A DNA stretch of 64,000 nt from Candidatus Poribacteria bacterium (lineage in GTDB: Bacteria; Poribacteria; WGA-4E; WGA-3G), in contig OZ219753.1 in assembly GCA_964291315.2 (NCBI GenBank), positions 2,368,001 through 2,432,000 of the forward strand, written 5' to 3'. Positions 50,399 to 60,964 of this stretch are shown one piece after another. How positions within the stretch are numbered: the stretch's first letter is position 1; each line of letters begins with the position of its first letter. Made by a program: the position numbers and the translations under genes. The notes below the pieces were generated by a model. That model made no database searches, had not been told where the DNA came from, and saw only the letters and a program-made list of their open reading frames with translations.

Positions 50399-51583
50399 AT
50401 GAACATCCACGAATACCAAGCAAGACAAATTTTAGAATCTTATGGCGTTAACACGCTACCGGGGAAGGTCGCTGAAACGCCGGCGGAAGCGGAGATTATC
50501 GCCCAAGAACTCAATTGTCCGGCCTACGTTATCAAAGCACAAATCCACGCAGGCGGCCGCGGCAAGGGGGGCGGCGTGAAACTCGCGAGCTCGCCTGCTG
50601 AAGTAAAACAGCGTACCGAAGCAATTCTTGGCATGCAGCTTGTAACACCACAGACAGGCTCCGAGGGAAAACTCGTCCGAAAAGTGCTGGTTGCCGAAGC
50701 GGCTGAGATAGAGAAAGAGTTTTATCTCGCTATACTTCTTGATAGAGAAACCTCACAGATCACTTTAATCGGTAGCGAAGAGGGCGGCGTTAATATTGAG
50801 GAAGTTGCAGCAGAAACCCCGGAAAAGATTATTAGGGCACAGGTGCATCCTGCCTTTGGATTAGCGGAATTTCAGGCACGCGAGTTCGCATATAAGCTCA
50901 TCACCGATTCAGGCTACCGTCCGGTCATGCCGAAAGCCGTTAAACTGATCCGTTCACTTTATGCTGCTTTCACGGCGTGTGATTGTTCACTCATAGAGAT
51001 TAACCCGTTGGCAATTGTGAAAACGGGTGGCGAATTAGATATTGTCGCCCTCGATTCCAAAGTTAACCTCGACGATAACTCGCTCTGGCGGCACCCTGAT
51101 ATTGCCAAAATGCGCGACCCATACGAAGAAGACCCTAGCGAATTGGAAGCAAGCGAATCAGGTTTGAGTTACATCCGCCTTGAAGGCGACATCGGCTGTA
51201 TGGTAAACGGCGCGGGACTCGCTATGGCGACAATGGACATCATCAAACAAAACGGCGGCGAACCGGCAAACTTCCTTGATGTCGGCGGGGGGGCCTCCGT
51301 AGAAGCTGTCACGCATGCTTTTCGGCTCATCTTGGCAGACAAAAACGTGAAAGCTGTTCTCGTTAATATCTTCGGGGGTATCATGAAATGTGACACAATC
51401 GCGAACGGTATTGTTGAAGCAGCCAAACAGGTAGAGCTCACAGTCCCACTTGTAGTTCGGTTGGAAGGCACAAACGTAGACCTTGGAAAACAGATTATCT
51501 CCGAATCCGATCTGAATGTCCAACAAGCGGAAGGACTAACCGAAGCCGCACAACTCGCAGTAGGAGCCGCAACCTCCGCATAA
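50399..51583 (+). CDS. sucC: Succinyl-CoA synthetase beta subunit
   Basis: [33 protein letters not shown] and NFLDVGGG motifs. Confidence 0.96.
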   Translation: MNIHEYQARQILESYGVNTLPGKVAETPAEAEIIAQELNCPAYVIKAQIHAGGRGKGGGVKLASSPAEVKQRTEAILGMQLVTPQTGSEGKLVRKVLVAEAAEIEKEFYLAILLDRETSQITLIGSEEGGVNIEEVAAETPEKIIRAQVHPAFGLAEFQAREFAYKLITDSGYRPVMPKAVKLIRSLYAAFTACDCSLIEINPLAIVKTGGELDIVALDSKVNLDDNSLWRHPDIAKMRDPYEEDPSELEASESGLSYIRLEGDIGCMVNGAGLAMATMDIIKQNGGEPANFLDVGGGASVEAVTHAFRLILADKNVKAVLVNIFGGIMKCDTIANGIVEAAKQVELTVPLVVRLEGTNVDLGKQIISESDLNVQQAEGLTEAAQLAVGAATSA

Positions 51584-51633
51584 GGTCCTATTAGCTAAAA
51601 CTTGCAGCAGCCAGATTTTGGGAGAATAAATAG

Positions 51634-52824
51634 GTGTCAAAACTTGAACTAAAGAATATAGACGTTACCGGAAAACGTGTTCTCGTCCGTGTGGACTTTA
51701 ACGTTCCAATGAAAGATGGAAAAATCACAGACGAAACGCGGATCACTGCTGCTCTGCCAACGCTTTTAGCACTTATCAACGCGGACGCCAAAACTATTTT
51801 GGTGACACATTTGGGTAGACCTGATGTTCGTTCATCTACCGATCGAGAGACGCTCTCGACCAAACCGATTGCTATCGCACTCAGCCAGAAACTTGGCCGG
51901 CGCGTCTCCCACGTCAAGGATTGTATCGGTGAATCTGTCCAAAATACTGTGGACTCGATGCAAAATGGAGAGGTACTGCTTCTTGAGAACGTCCGTTTTT
52001 ACACCGAAGAGACCCAAAATGATCCAAAGTTTTCCCAGGAACTTGCCTCACTTGCGGATGTCTATGTCAACGATGCTTTCGGAACAGCGCATCGCGCCCA
52101 CGCCTCAACGGAAGGTGTGACACACTATCTCAACCCGTGCGCGGCGGGTATCTTAATGGCCCGTGAAATCTATTATCTCAGTACCACCCTCGAAAACCCA
52201 AAACGTCCTTACGTCGCTATCCTCGGCGGTGCCAAAATATCGGATAAAATTACATTGATTGAGAATCTCCTTGGACGAGTTGATAAACTCCTTATCGGCG
52301 GCGGTATGGCATATACATTTCTGTCAGCAATGGGGGTACGCATCGGCAATTCAATTGTCGAAACCGAGAAACTCGTCGTTGCAACCTCGCTCGTTGAAAA
52401 GCAAGGGTTTTCGGAGTCCATCTGTCTACCGATAGACCATGTTGTGGGGAAATCGTTTGATTCCGGAACGGAATCTCAGATCGTTGGCGAACAGAATATT
52501 CCGGATGGATGGCAGGGATTAGATATTGGGCCTGAAACAGTAGCCGCCTTCGGTGAACAAATCGCAGCGGCGAAGACAGTGGTGTGGAACGGTCCGCTAG
52601 GAGTCTATGAATTCGAAAAGTTCGCGCAAGGTACGATAGCGGTGGCACAACAGCTCGCAGAATCCGAGGCGGTCAGTATCATTGGCGGCGGTGACTGTGT
52701 TGCAGCAGTACAACACGCCGGTGCCGCAGATCGGATGACGCATATTTCAACGGGCGGCGGCGCCTCATTAGAATTTTTAGAAGGTAAAGCTCTACCGGGT
52801 ATTGCTGCGTTAACGGATTCCTGA
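51634..52824 (+). CDS. pgk: Phosphoglycerate kinase
   Basis: RVDFNVP, HLGRP, NDAFGTAHRAH, GGGD and STGGGASLE motifs. Confidence 0.97.
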   Translation: MSKLELKNIDVTGKRVLVRVDFNVPMKDGKITDETRITAALPTLLALINADAKTILVTHLGRPDVRSSTDRETLSTKPIAIALSQKLGRRVSHVKDCIGESVQNTVDSMQNGEVLLLENVRFYTEETQNDPKFSQELASLADVYVNDAFGTAHRAHASTEGVTHYLNPCAAGILMAREIYYLSTTLENPKRPYVAILGGAKISDKITLIENLLGRVDKLLIGGGMAYTFLSAMGVRIGNSIVETEKLVVATSLVEKQGFSESICLPIDHVVGKSFDSGTESQIVGEQNIPDGWQGLDIGPETVAAFGEQIAAAKTVVWNGPLGVYEFEKFAQGTIAVAQQLAESEAVSIIGGGDCVAAVQHAGAADRMTHISTGGGASLEFLEGKALPGIAALTDS

Positions 52825-52947
52825 AGTGTTAACCCTGGACGTTGTTGGCATCAATCGGAAATCACCGCCAAACAAAGTGAAGCAATCCCTGATCTCACAA
52901 AAGTTGTCGCGAAAATACGCACAATCTAAAAACGCAAGAATTATATT

Positions 52948-54384
52948 ATGTTTGATAAAATAGTTCCACGTAGTGAAGACTACGCAAAGTGGTATACACA
53001 GGTTATCCGTCAAGCTGAAATGGCAGATTATGCGCCTGTACGGGGTTGTATGGTAGTCCGTCCTTACGGGTACGCACTCTGGGAGAATGTCAAAGAGCAA
53101 TTAGACCGCCGTTTTAAAGAGACAGGGCACCAAAATGCCGCCTTCCCGCTCTTTATTCCGATGAGTTTCATTGAGAAAGAGGCAGAACACGTCGAAGGTT
53201 TTAAACCGGAGCTTGCCGTTGTCACACATGGCGGCGGAAAACAGTTGGAAGAACCGCTTGTGATCCGGCCAACCTCCGAGACTATCATCGGGCACATGTA
53301 TAGTCAATGGATCCAATCTTACCGCGACTTACCTGTGCTTATCAACCAGTGGGCGAACGTCGTCCGGTGGGAGCTGCGTACCCGGCTCTTTCTAAGAACG
53401 ATGGAATTTTTCTGGCAGGAAGGGCATACTGCACACGCAACCCACGAAGAAGCGAAAGAAGAAACGCTCCGTATCCTGGATCTCTACACAGATTTTGCAC
53501 TCAACGAAGCCGCTATACCTGTGATACCCGGGCAAAAAAGCGAAAGCGAAAAGTTCCCGGGGGCCCTGACCTCCTATACGATCGAGGCGATGATGGGCGA
53601 CAAACGCGCACTCCAAGCCGGAACATCACACGATCTCGGACAAAATTTCGCCAAAGCCTTCGATATTCAATACCTCGACGCAAATCAGAAACAACAGTAC
53701 TGTTGGACAACCAGCTGGGGCGTGAGTACCCGAATGATTGGCGCAATCATCATGACACACGGAGATGACCAGGGGCTAGTCCTTCCACCCAGACTTGCCC
53801 CAATACAACTCGTCATCGTCCCAATCATTCCAAAAAACAGAAACGACGATAAACAGTCTGTCATGCAAGCCCTTGACGGTATCTGTAAGACCCTGGGCGA
53901 TATCCGTTACCACGTTGATGACAGGCACGACTATTCACCAGGGTGGCGATTCAACGAATGGGAGCTTAAAGGGGTCCCACTGCGTATAGAGATAGGACCC
54001 CGCGACTTGAAAAACCAGCAAATCGTCCTCGCGCGCCGCGATATACCCGGTAAAGAAGGAAAAACGTTTGTGCCGATCGCCAATGCTCTTAAAACAGTGA
54101 CGCAGATGCTAGATACGATTCAAGCAGATATGCTTAAACGGGCAACAGATTTCCGAGAGGCGAACACCTTCGAACCCGATACTTACGATACTTTCAAAGA
54201 GGTTATCGCAGACGGGTTTGCCCGTGCATACTGGTGTGGTGATGCCGCATGTGAAGATCAAGCAAGAGAGGAAACACAAGCGACAATCCGGTGTCTTCCA
54301 ATAGAGCAACCCGACGGAAATAGAGCCTGTATTGTTTGTAGTCAACCTGCGGAAAATATCGCGGTTTTTGCCCATGCCTATTAA
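52948..54384 (+). CDS. proS: Proline--tRNA ligase (archaeal/eukaryotic-type, no INS editing domain)
   Basis: RPTSET, NQWANVVRWE, EFFWQEGHT, TSHDLGQNF, SWGVSTR; C-terminal AY. Confidence 0.95.
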   Translation: MFDKIVPRSEDYAKWYTQVIRQAEMADYAPVRGCMVVRPYGYALWENVKEQLDRRFKETGHQNAAFPLFIPMSFIEKEAEHVEGFKPELAVVTHGGGKQLEEPLVIRPTSETIIGHMYSQWIQSYRDLPVLINQWANVVRWELRTRLFLRTMEFFWQEGHTAHATHEEAKEETLRILDLYTDFALNEAAIPVIPGQKSESEKFPGALTSYTIEAMMGDKRALQAGTSHDLGQNFAKAFDIQYLDANQKQQYCWTTSWGVSTRMIGAIIMTHGDDQGLVLPPRLAPIQLVIVPIIPKNRNDDKQSVMQALDGICKTLGDIRYHVDDRHDYSPGWRFNEWELKGVPLRIEIGPRDLKNQQIVLARRDIPGKEGKTFVPIANALKTVTQMLDTIQADMLKRATDFREANTFEPDTYDTFKEVIADGFARAYWCGDAACEDQAREETQATIRCLPIEQPDGNRACIVCSQPAENIAVFAHAY

Positions 54385-54465
54385 AGTGAAGAGGAACTTG
54401 TAAACGCCTATAGCTTCAATCGTCCGATTGAGGTATACCTATAGAATTAATATATTTACGAAAAT

Positions 54466-55338
54466 ATGAGCATACTGGTTAATAAAGACACAAAAGTGAT
54501 CGTTCAAGGCATCACAGGGCGCTCTGGACGCTTTCACACGGAGCTGTGCAAAGCTTACGGCACCCAAATTGTGGCAGGTTCAGTTCCGGGTAGAGGCGGA
54601 ACCGATGTGAACGGCATACCTGTATATGACACGGTAGCAGAAGGCATCGCAGCAACCGGCGCGGACACATCAATGATTTTTGTTCCAGCACGTTTCAACG
54701 CTGCGGATTCCGTCATGGAAGCTGCCGAGGCAGGCGTCGATCTGATTGTCTGTATATCCGAACATATCCCTGTTCTGGACATGGTCAAAGCAAAGGCGTT
54801 CCTTCAAGGAAAACCGACTCGGTTGATCGGACCAAACTGTCCGGGTATCATCACCCCCGGTGAATGCAAAATCGGGGTGATGCCCGAGTTTGCCTACAGC
54901 CCCGGGCCCGTGGGTATCGTTTCCCGAAGCGGAACGTTAACGTACGAAGCCGCTTATCAACTGAAACGCCTCGGTATCGGTCAGTCCACCTGTGTTGGCA
55001 TCGGCGGTGATCCGGTGATTGGCACAAATTTCGTTGACATCCTCAAACTCTTTGAAGCGGACGATGACACGCAGGCTGTCGTTTTAATCGGTGAAATCGG
55101 GGGAACGGCAGAGGAAAAAGCAGCAGAATTTGTGAAAAACGAAATGACAAAACCGGTCGTCGGTTTTATCGCTGGGCAAACCGCTCCACCGGGGAAACGA
55201 ATGGGACACGCCGGGGCAATCATTTCCGGCGGGCAAGGGACAGCTGTGGAAAAAATTCGAGCTCTCAAAAATGCAGGAATCGTCGTAGCAGATAACCTCG
55301 ACACCATTGGCGAAACCGTAGCAGGAATCTTGGATTAA
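54466..55338 (+). CDS. sucD: Succinyl-CoA synthetase alpha subunit
   Basis: [20 protein letters not shown] and MGHAGA motifs. Confidence 0.96.
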   Translation: MSILVNKDTKVIVQGITGRSGRFHTELCKAYGTQIVAGSVPGRGGTDVNGIPVYDTVAEGIAATGADTSMIFVPARFNAADSVMEAAEAGVDLIVCISEHIPVLDMVKAKAFLQGKPTRLIGPNCPGIITPGECKIGVMPEFAYSPGPVGIVSRSGTLTYEAAYQLKRLGIGQSTCVGIGGDPVIGTNFVDILKLFEADDDTQAVVLIGEIGGTAEEKAAEFVKNEMTKPVVGFIAGQTAPPGKRMGHAGAIISGGQGTAVEKIRALKNAGIVVADNLDTIGETVAGILD

Positions 55339-55380
55339 CCCTGTTTTGGTCTCCATTTTGCGCGAACGTGAGAGGGAAAA

Positions 55381-56211
55381 GTGAAGAAAGACATCACCTA
55401 CCTGCAGACTAAAAAGCGCGAGCGGCAACCCATCACTGTGTTAACCTGCTACGATTATCCGACTGCTTGCTTGCAAGAGGCAGCCGGCATCGATATCGTC
55501 TTTGTTGGCGACAGCGTTGGCACAAATATTCTCGGCTATAAGAGCGAGGTAGAGGTGACGATGGCGGACATGCGCCACCATCTCAAAGCCGTGCGACGGG
55601 GCGTGACAAATGCGTATCTCCTCGTCGATATGCCTTACGCCGCCGACACGGACGCAAAGCAGGCCCTTGAAAATGCGAATTCCTTCTTAGCCGACGGCGC
55701 GGACGCGGTAAAATTGGAAGGCGGTATAGAGAAACTCCCTATTGTTAACGCCCTCACCGAACACGGCATAGAGGTCTGTGCCCATATCGGACATAACCCG
55801 CAAATTCACGGCACCAAAGCCACAACACACGGCAAAACGTTTGCCAAAGCCAAACACCTCATCGAAACCGCCTCAACCCTTGCAGAGGCAGGCGCCAAGC
55901 TCATCGTCCTCGAAAAAATCACCGAAGAGGTCAGCCAAATCATAACCGATACCCTCAACATTCCCACCATCGGTATCGGCGCAGGACGTTTCTGCAACGG
56001 ACAGGTGCTGGTCATTAACGATATATTAGGAATGGGGGCCCCTTTCAAACACGCCAAACGCTACCAAAATTACAAGCATCTGACCTCTGAAGCGATTCGT
56101 AGGTATGAAGAGGAGGTCACGAATGGCACCTTTCCGACAGAAGCCAACGTTTCGAACATTCCTGCAGATAAACTGGCGCGGGTGCGGAAGTGGTTGAAAT
56201 CAGAGCGTTAG
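55381..56211 (+). CDS. panB: 3-methyl-2-oxobutanoate hydroxymethyltransferase
   Basis: LTCYD, VGDS, VKLEGG and TIGIGAG..GQVLV motifs. Confidence 0.92.
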   Translation: MKKDITYLQTKKRERQPITVLTCYDYPTACLQEAAGIDIVFVGDSVGTNILGYKSEVEVTMADMRHHLKAVRRGVTNAYLLVDMPYAADTDAKQALENANSFLADGADAVKLEGGIEKLPIVNALTEHGIEVCAHIGHNPQIHGTKATTHGKTFAKAKHLIETASTLAEAGAKLIVLEKITEEVSQIITDTLNIPTIGIGAGRFCNGQVLVINDILGMGAPFKHAKRYQNYKHLTSEAIRRYEEEVTNGTFPTEANVSNIPADKLARVRKWLKSER

Positions 56212-56278
56212 CACCTTCCGACCTCATAGCGCTCTGACCACCTCTTAGAGCAACCCCGCGCCAGTATACAGCCTCTCT

Positions 56279-59200
56279 CTATTTCCGGATGAGCATCTTC
56301 CGTGTAGCCGTGAAGTTGCGTGCGGTGAACGTATAGAAATAGACCCCGCTCGCAACAGACTCGCCCACCTCATTTTTGCCATCCCAATGCACAGCACGAG
56401 TCCGGGTGTTGTAGCGACCTGCGGGTTGATGCCCGACATCCAAAGTGCGCACCAACGCCCCGTTGGTTGCGTAGATACGCACCGTCACATCCGCAGCTTC
56501 GGAAAGTTGATACGGTATCCACGTCTCCGGATTGAACGGGTTCGGGTAGTTATGCAGAAGCACTGTCTTTTCAGGCAAGACAGGGCGAATGGGGCCATTA
56601 CCGGCGACCCTCGGGGTGCCGGGGGGAATCACCTCATAGTCGGTGCCACGGGCGAACCCGAAAAATCCACTCCACCCTCCAGATCTCTCGTAGACGGCAA
56701 CTAATAAAATGTTGTAGCCCTCTCTCAAGGTAACGGAGAACTGATCTTGGTAACCATTGGATCCTCGGTCCACAGGATTGGTGTGGACGAGTGTTCCGTT
56801 GAGCCAGACTTTCACAGCATCGTCGCTGCCAACAAACATTGTTGTCTTTTGTTCGCTCGGTGATTCCAAGGTGAGCGAGCCGTAGGCGACGTGATCGTCT
56901 ATATTGCCGGATCCCAAGCCGGTGTCGTTCGCCATTCGATTGAGGTCACCGTCGTCTGGGGATAATTCGCCTACTTTCCAGACCTTACCTCCGACCGGGC
57001 TCCCTTCCGTTGCGCCGTTATTGGCGATTTTGAGTTCCGTTACTTGTCCGCCGCTGGCTAACGCAAGGTAATCCTTGCCGGAAAGTGCCGCCGCTGCGCC
57101 CCCACTATTGCCTGTGGGGACGATCATCCAGAGCCATGGTCCTGCCATAGGTCCCCCAAAATCCCCAAAGCAAGGATTGCCTGCTATCCGGATATTAGTT
57201 CTGATAGGGAGTGCCTCTAAAGGCGAACAGTCCTCTATATCGTTGTTCCGCAAATCAAGCCTCTCCAAGTTTATTAAGCCTGCAAGGGACGAAACATCTG
57301 ATATATCGTTGTTCTCAAGGTACAACACCTTTAAACCGGTTAACCCTGCAAGCGGTGAGACATCTGATATATCGTTCGCATCCAGCTTCAATGTCCGCAA
57401 ACTGGTTAGAGAACGCAACGCAGAAATATCTTGTATGTCGTTGTTGATGAGTTCTAACCAGTCAAGCCGCGTCAGTGTCGCCAACGCAGACAGACCCCTG
57501 ACATTCGGGTTGTTTCGCAACTTAAGCCGTTGCAACTTTTTTAATCCCACGAGGGGCGAAACATCTGATATGACGTTGTTCTCAAGGTACAACACCTCTA
57601 AGTTTGTTAGACCTGCGAGCGGTGAGACATCTGATATGGCATTAGCGTCCAGATTCAACGTTTGCAAACTGGTTAGAGAGCGCAACGCCGAAATATCTGT
57701 GATTGCGTTATTAATGAGTTCCAACCATTCAAGTCGAGGGAGTTCCGCCAACGCAGACAGATCCTTGATACTGCAGTTGTTAAGTATGAGTCGCTCCAGT
57801 GCTTTTAAACCCCTTAGGGAGGGAACGGCGGAGATAGAGGCTTCGTTTCCCATTTCTATCCAATTCAGGTTGGGTAATTTGGCTAACGCGGAAAAATCCG
57901 AGATACGTGTGCGCCATGCATCTATCCGCTCTAAGCTGGTTAAACTAGCAAGAGATGACACGTCCGTGACGGGGTTGCCTGAAATACCTATCCCGTTCAA
58001 TTTGACGAGTCCGCTTAGCGGTGACACATCGGAGATGGCATTCTCCTCAAGCCCCATCCAATCTACATTGAGCAGGTCCGAAAGAGGCGATACATCGGTG
58101 ATGGCATTGTCCCGCAATTTAATGTTGTTCAATCTGGACAATTTAGCCAGCGGGGTCAAGTCGGAGATAGCGTTGTGACGGAGCTCTATCCGCTCCAGGT
58201 TTATCGCCTTCTCCAATCCTGTTAGGTCGCGGATGCCTTTACGATCGGCGACCAAACGCGTCAAACGTTTCATAGTTTCCACAGTAATTAACTCGTTTGG
58301 AGCTGGACGGAGGGTTTCCACAATCGCTGCTCGGAGGTTCGGGTCTGGCATGTAGAAGTCGAACCGAGTATCGTCCGGCTCGCACGTATCTGTTTCATGG
58401 CAGTCCACAGGCTTCTCGCCTGAAAACTCCGGAAACAGTTCGGTCCACACATCGCGTTTTACGTTCTTGCCATCTAGGAAAGGCGCTGAACCAAGGCTCT
58501 GTAACCTAGAGTCCTCACGGATCTTGGAGAGGAACACATTCATCTCCAAACCGACCGATGCGGCTGCATATGCCCTATCTACGTCCCCCCGGTACGCCTC
58601 GTAGAAGCGATGCACCGGTTCAATGCCGCCCAAAACGCCACCTGTCTTTTCCAAGGCAGCCTTGTAGCGCGCCGTGTCTTCATCTAAGAGACGATCCATC
58701 GCAGCCTGAGGTACATAAAGACGCAATGCCTGAGCCTTATCAAACGCCGGTTGCCTCGTCTGGTTAACAACTGAACGTACTTCATCTTCAAACCGCTTCA
58801 TCCCTTCCGTGTGGCAGCCGAAGCAGGATAAACCGTTGCGAACAACCGGATCATCCGCTGCTGGGTTGGATACGATCTCCGTCGGGGCAGCATTCAGTCG
58901 ATTGCCTGTCGCATCCGAGATATAGTACGCCTGCAGACCGTTCGGCAGATTGAACACCACTTCCCCACCGTCTTGTTGGAAAGACAACGGATGCGTGAAA
59001 ACGTTCTGTGCTCCCGTGCTACCCGCGAAGTCGTAGCTCTTCCAATACGCACCGTATCGGGACGTGTGGCGCTCCACAACGCGGTTATGATTGGAGACGC
59101 CCGAGTCATTCATACCCGCACGCCAGACACGCACGCCCGGCGCAGTCTGGAGGTTACGCTGAACATCTACGTCCAGCTTGCGTTCTAATTCCCGGTCTGT

Positions 59201-60049
59201 CCCCGGTAGGTCGAGGATGTCGTGATAAAGCGGGGGAAGCACAGCGGTTGCCAGAAACCAGTCGGCGTAGACATAAGGCACCTCGGTGCCCGTCACCTCG
59301 CGGAGTTTCGCGAGTTTCTCGCGTAATTGAGGTTTATCTTCGAATTCCATGCCGTATGGATAGTCCCTCTCAATTTTAGACCATGCGTCTCGTATCTCCC
59401 ATTCGTAGTTACGCACGTCGATATAGAACACCGTTTCAGCAGCATCAACGGGTTGCGGGTTGTGTATATCAAACCCCCACGAGAGGCTATTGACCAATTT
59501 TGCAAGGGCAACTTTGTAGGCGTTGAGTGCTTCGACCGTCTCCCCTGCATTGTAGAGGTGTGTCATCGTGAAATAGCGGGCGTAAGGTCGGTCGAACAGA
59601 TCGAGCGTCTGAAGATGTTGTTGCATCGCCGTAAGCATCTTGTTCGGGTTGATGAAGGTTACATAATGCTCGACCACCCAGGTAGGTGCGCCCGCTAAGA
59701 TCCAATTGCCAATCGTGCGGATGGAGGCATCGTCGAGTTTGGGTTGTCCGAGGGGCATCCGTTTTGCAAGATTTTTCGTAGTCAACCGCGTATAGAGTTT
59801 AGAGATGAGCGGTATTCCCGGCACGACGGCACCGCTTTCGATGAGAGTGGCGGGACCGGCTTCGTCAATGACGAGGTTTTCGGTAAAGGATCCGTGTTTG
59901 CCGTGGCAATTGAGACAGTTCTGTTCGAGGACGAGGAACGCTTTTTGAGCAATGTCTTGTTGCGCGTGTGCCGTCGTCCAGCTTATAGACACAAATGCTA
60001 AAACCGTTAGTATGTAAAAGAGTGGATAGCTCTCTTTCGCTGTTTTCAT
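56279..60049 (-). CDS. Secreted multidomain protein: c-type cytochrome region, internalin-like LRRs, PA14-like module, T9SS/FlgD-like C-terminal domain
   Basis: Signal peptide; CLNCH and CFGCH heme motifs; many LxxLxLxxNxIxDxSxL repeats; GSDDAVKVWLNG; NYPNPFNPETWIPYQL..SGVYFY. Confidence 0.8.
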   Translation of the reverse strand: MKTAKESYPLFYILTVLAFVSISWTTAHAQQDIAQKAFLVLEQNCLNCHGKHGSFTENLVIDEAGPATLIESGAVVPGIPLISKLYTRLTTKNLAKRMPLGQPKLDDASIRTIGNWILAGAPTWVVEHYVTFINPNKMLTAMQQHLQTLDLFDRPYARYFTMTHLYNAGETVEALNAYKVALAKLVNSLSWGFDIHNPQPVDAAETVFYIDVRNYEWEIRDAWSKIERDYPYGMEFEDKPQLREKLAKLREVTGTEVPYVYADWFLATAVLPPLYHDILDLPGTDRELERKLDVDVQRNLQTAPGVRVWRAGMNDSGVSNHNRVVERHTSRYGAYWKSYDFAGSTGAQNVFTHPLSFQQDGGEVVFNLPNGLQAYYISDATGNRLNAAPTEIVSNPAADDPVVRNGLSCFGCHTEGMKRFEDEVRSVVNQTRQPAFDKAQALRLYVPQAAMDRLLDEDTARYKAALEKTGGVLGGIEPVHRFYEAYRGDVDRAYAAASVGLEMNVFLSKIREDSRLQSLGSAPFLDGKNVKRDVWTELFPEFSGEKPVDCHETDTCEPDDTRFDFYMPDPNLRAAIVETLRPAPNELITVETMKRLTRLVADRKGIRDLTGLEKAINLERIELRHNAISDLTPLAKLSRLNNIKLRDNAITDVSPLSDLLNVDWMGLEENAISDVSPLSGLVKLNGIGISGNPVTDVSSLASLTSLERIDAWRTRISDFSALAKLPNLNWIEMGNEASISAVPSLRGLKALERLILNNCSIKDLSALAELPRLEWLELINNAITDISALRSLTSLQTLNLDANAISDVSPLAGLTNLEVLYLENNVISDVSPLVGLKKLQRLKLRNNPNVRGLSALATLTRLDWLELINNDIQDISALRSLTSLRTLKLDANDISDVSPLAGLTGLKVLYLENNDISDVSSLAGLINLERLDLRNNDIEDCSPLEALPIRTNIRIAGNPCFGDFGGPMAGPWLWMIVPTGNSGGAAAALSGKDYLALASGGQVTELKIANNGATEGSPVGGKVWKVGELSPDDGDLNRMANDTGLGSGNIDDHVAYGSLTLESPSEQKTTMFVGSDDAVKVWLNGTLVHTNPVDRGSNGYQDQFSVTLREGYNILLVAVYERSGGWSGFFGFARGTDYEVIPPGTPRVAGNGPIRPVLPEKTVLLHNYPNPFNPETWIPYQLSEAADVTVRIYATNGALVRTLDVGHQPAGRYNTRTRAVHWDGKNEVGESVASGVYFYTFTARNFTATRKMLIRK
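57290..57760. repeat. Internal tandem duplication of an LRR block (period about 267 bp)
   Basis: 57292-57493 is highly similar in DNA to 57559-57760. Confidence 0.75.
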
Positions 60050-60282
60050 AATGTTTCTCCTTTGGTGGAAAGTTGAGTTAACGTAAATTTGAAAAAAGTT
60101 TAGTGTTTAGGAAACTTAGCCCCTTCTCTGCTGAAGTGGTTAGACCCACTTGCGGAGAGGGGTTCCGCTAAGTTGGCGCACCCGAAGGGTGGACACGAAC
60201 TGCGACCGGTTGTTTGATCCGATATTCGCGACCCTCGGTTTATCAGACGGATCTCCGTATGGCAGAACGTCCGAAACCCGTG

Positions 60283-60864
60283 TCATTCCTTCACCCCAGT
60301 CACAAATGTGATAATCCCCCCCGGATCCCAGTTGCCGGCTTTGTCTGCCCATGAAATTTCTATTGTATAGACCTCACTGGCTTGTAGGGGGAGCCCTTCC
60401 AGAAATCTCAGTAGCGTTATCTCTTTGCCAACTATGAATTTTTCCCAATTCATATCGAAATTTCTGGTATCGTTCCTTAGCTTTACCTTTGCATCATCGA
60501 TGTTTTCGTCAAAAGTAAAGGTAAAACGGTCTGTGTCTAGGTCAACGTCTACATCTCCATGGCTTATGGTGGTCCCGACAAGGAGCGGGGCTTGATTATC
60601 TTCTGGTTCTCTCTTTTCTTCTTCAATAGGCTCCGGCTCTGGCTCCGGCTCCGGCTTTTCCACAACCGGTTCCTCTATAACGGGATTCTCTACGACTGGT
60701 TGTGGCATAGGAGGGTTTGCCCTCTCGTCGTCAACTACGGGTGGAGTGGCTTCTTCCTCAATGATAGGTGGTACGGGGAATAACGAATCATCCTCCGTGT
60801 TGTCCGTAGAGCATCCAACTATGCAACCCATCAATAAGCATACAGCTAGAAACTTATATAACAT
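60283..60864 (-). CDS. Lipoprotein with Pro/Glu-rich linker and Ig-like (Big_5-like) domain
   Basis: MLYKFLAVCLLMGCIVGC lipobox; PEPEPEP linker; TFTFDE..YTI..DKAGN; start reassigned. Confidence 0.7.
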   Translation of the reverse strand: MLYKFLAVCLLMGCIVGCSTDNTEDDSLFPVPPIIEEEATPPVVDDERANPPMPQPVVENPVIEEPVVEKPEPEPEPEPIEEEKREPEDNQAPLLVGTTISHGDVDVDLDTDRFTFTFDENIDDAKVKLRNDTRNFDMNWEKFIVGKEITLLRFLEGLPLQASEVYTIEISWADKAGNWDPGGIITFVTGVKE

Positions 60865-60964
60865 ACGCTCACCTGTTAAATTTTCCTTGTATCGTATCTT
60901 ACGCATCAAAAGACACGTTTTTCGTTAAGATTTTCGCCAAAACGCTATCGCAAACACACCGAGG

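Noticed and set aside
57075-58178. 367-aa ORF antisense to the LRR region, and other long shadow ORFs
   Set aside because: These are antisense shadows of repetitive coding sequence with no independent motifs
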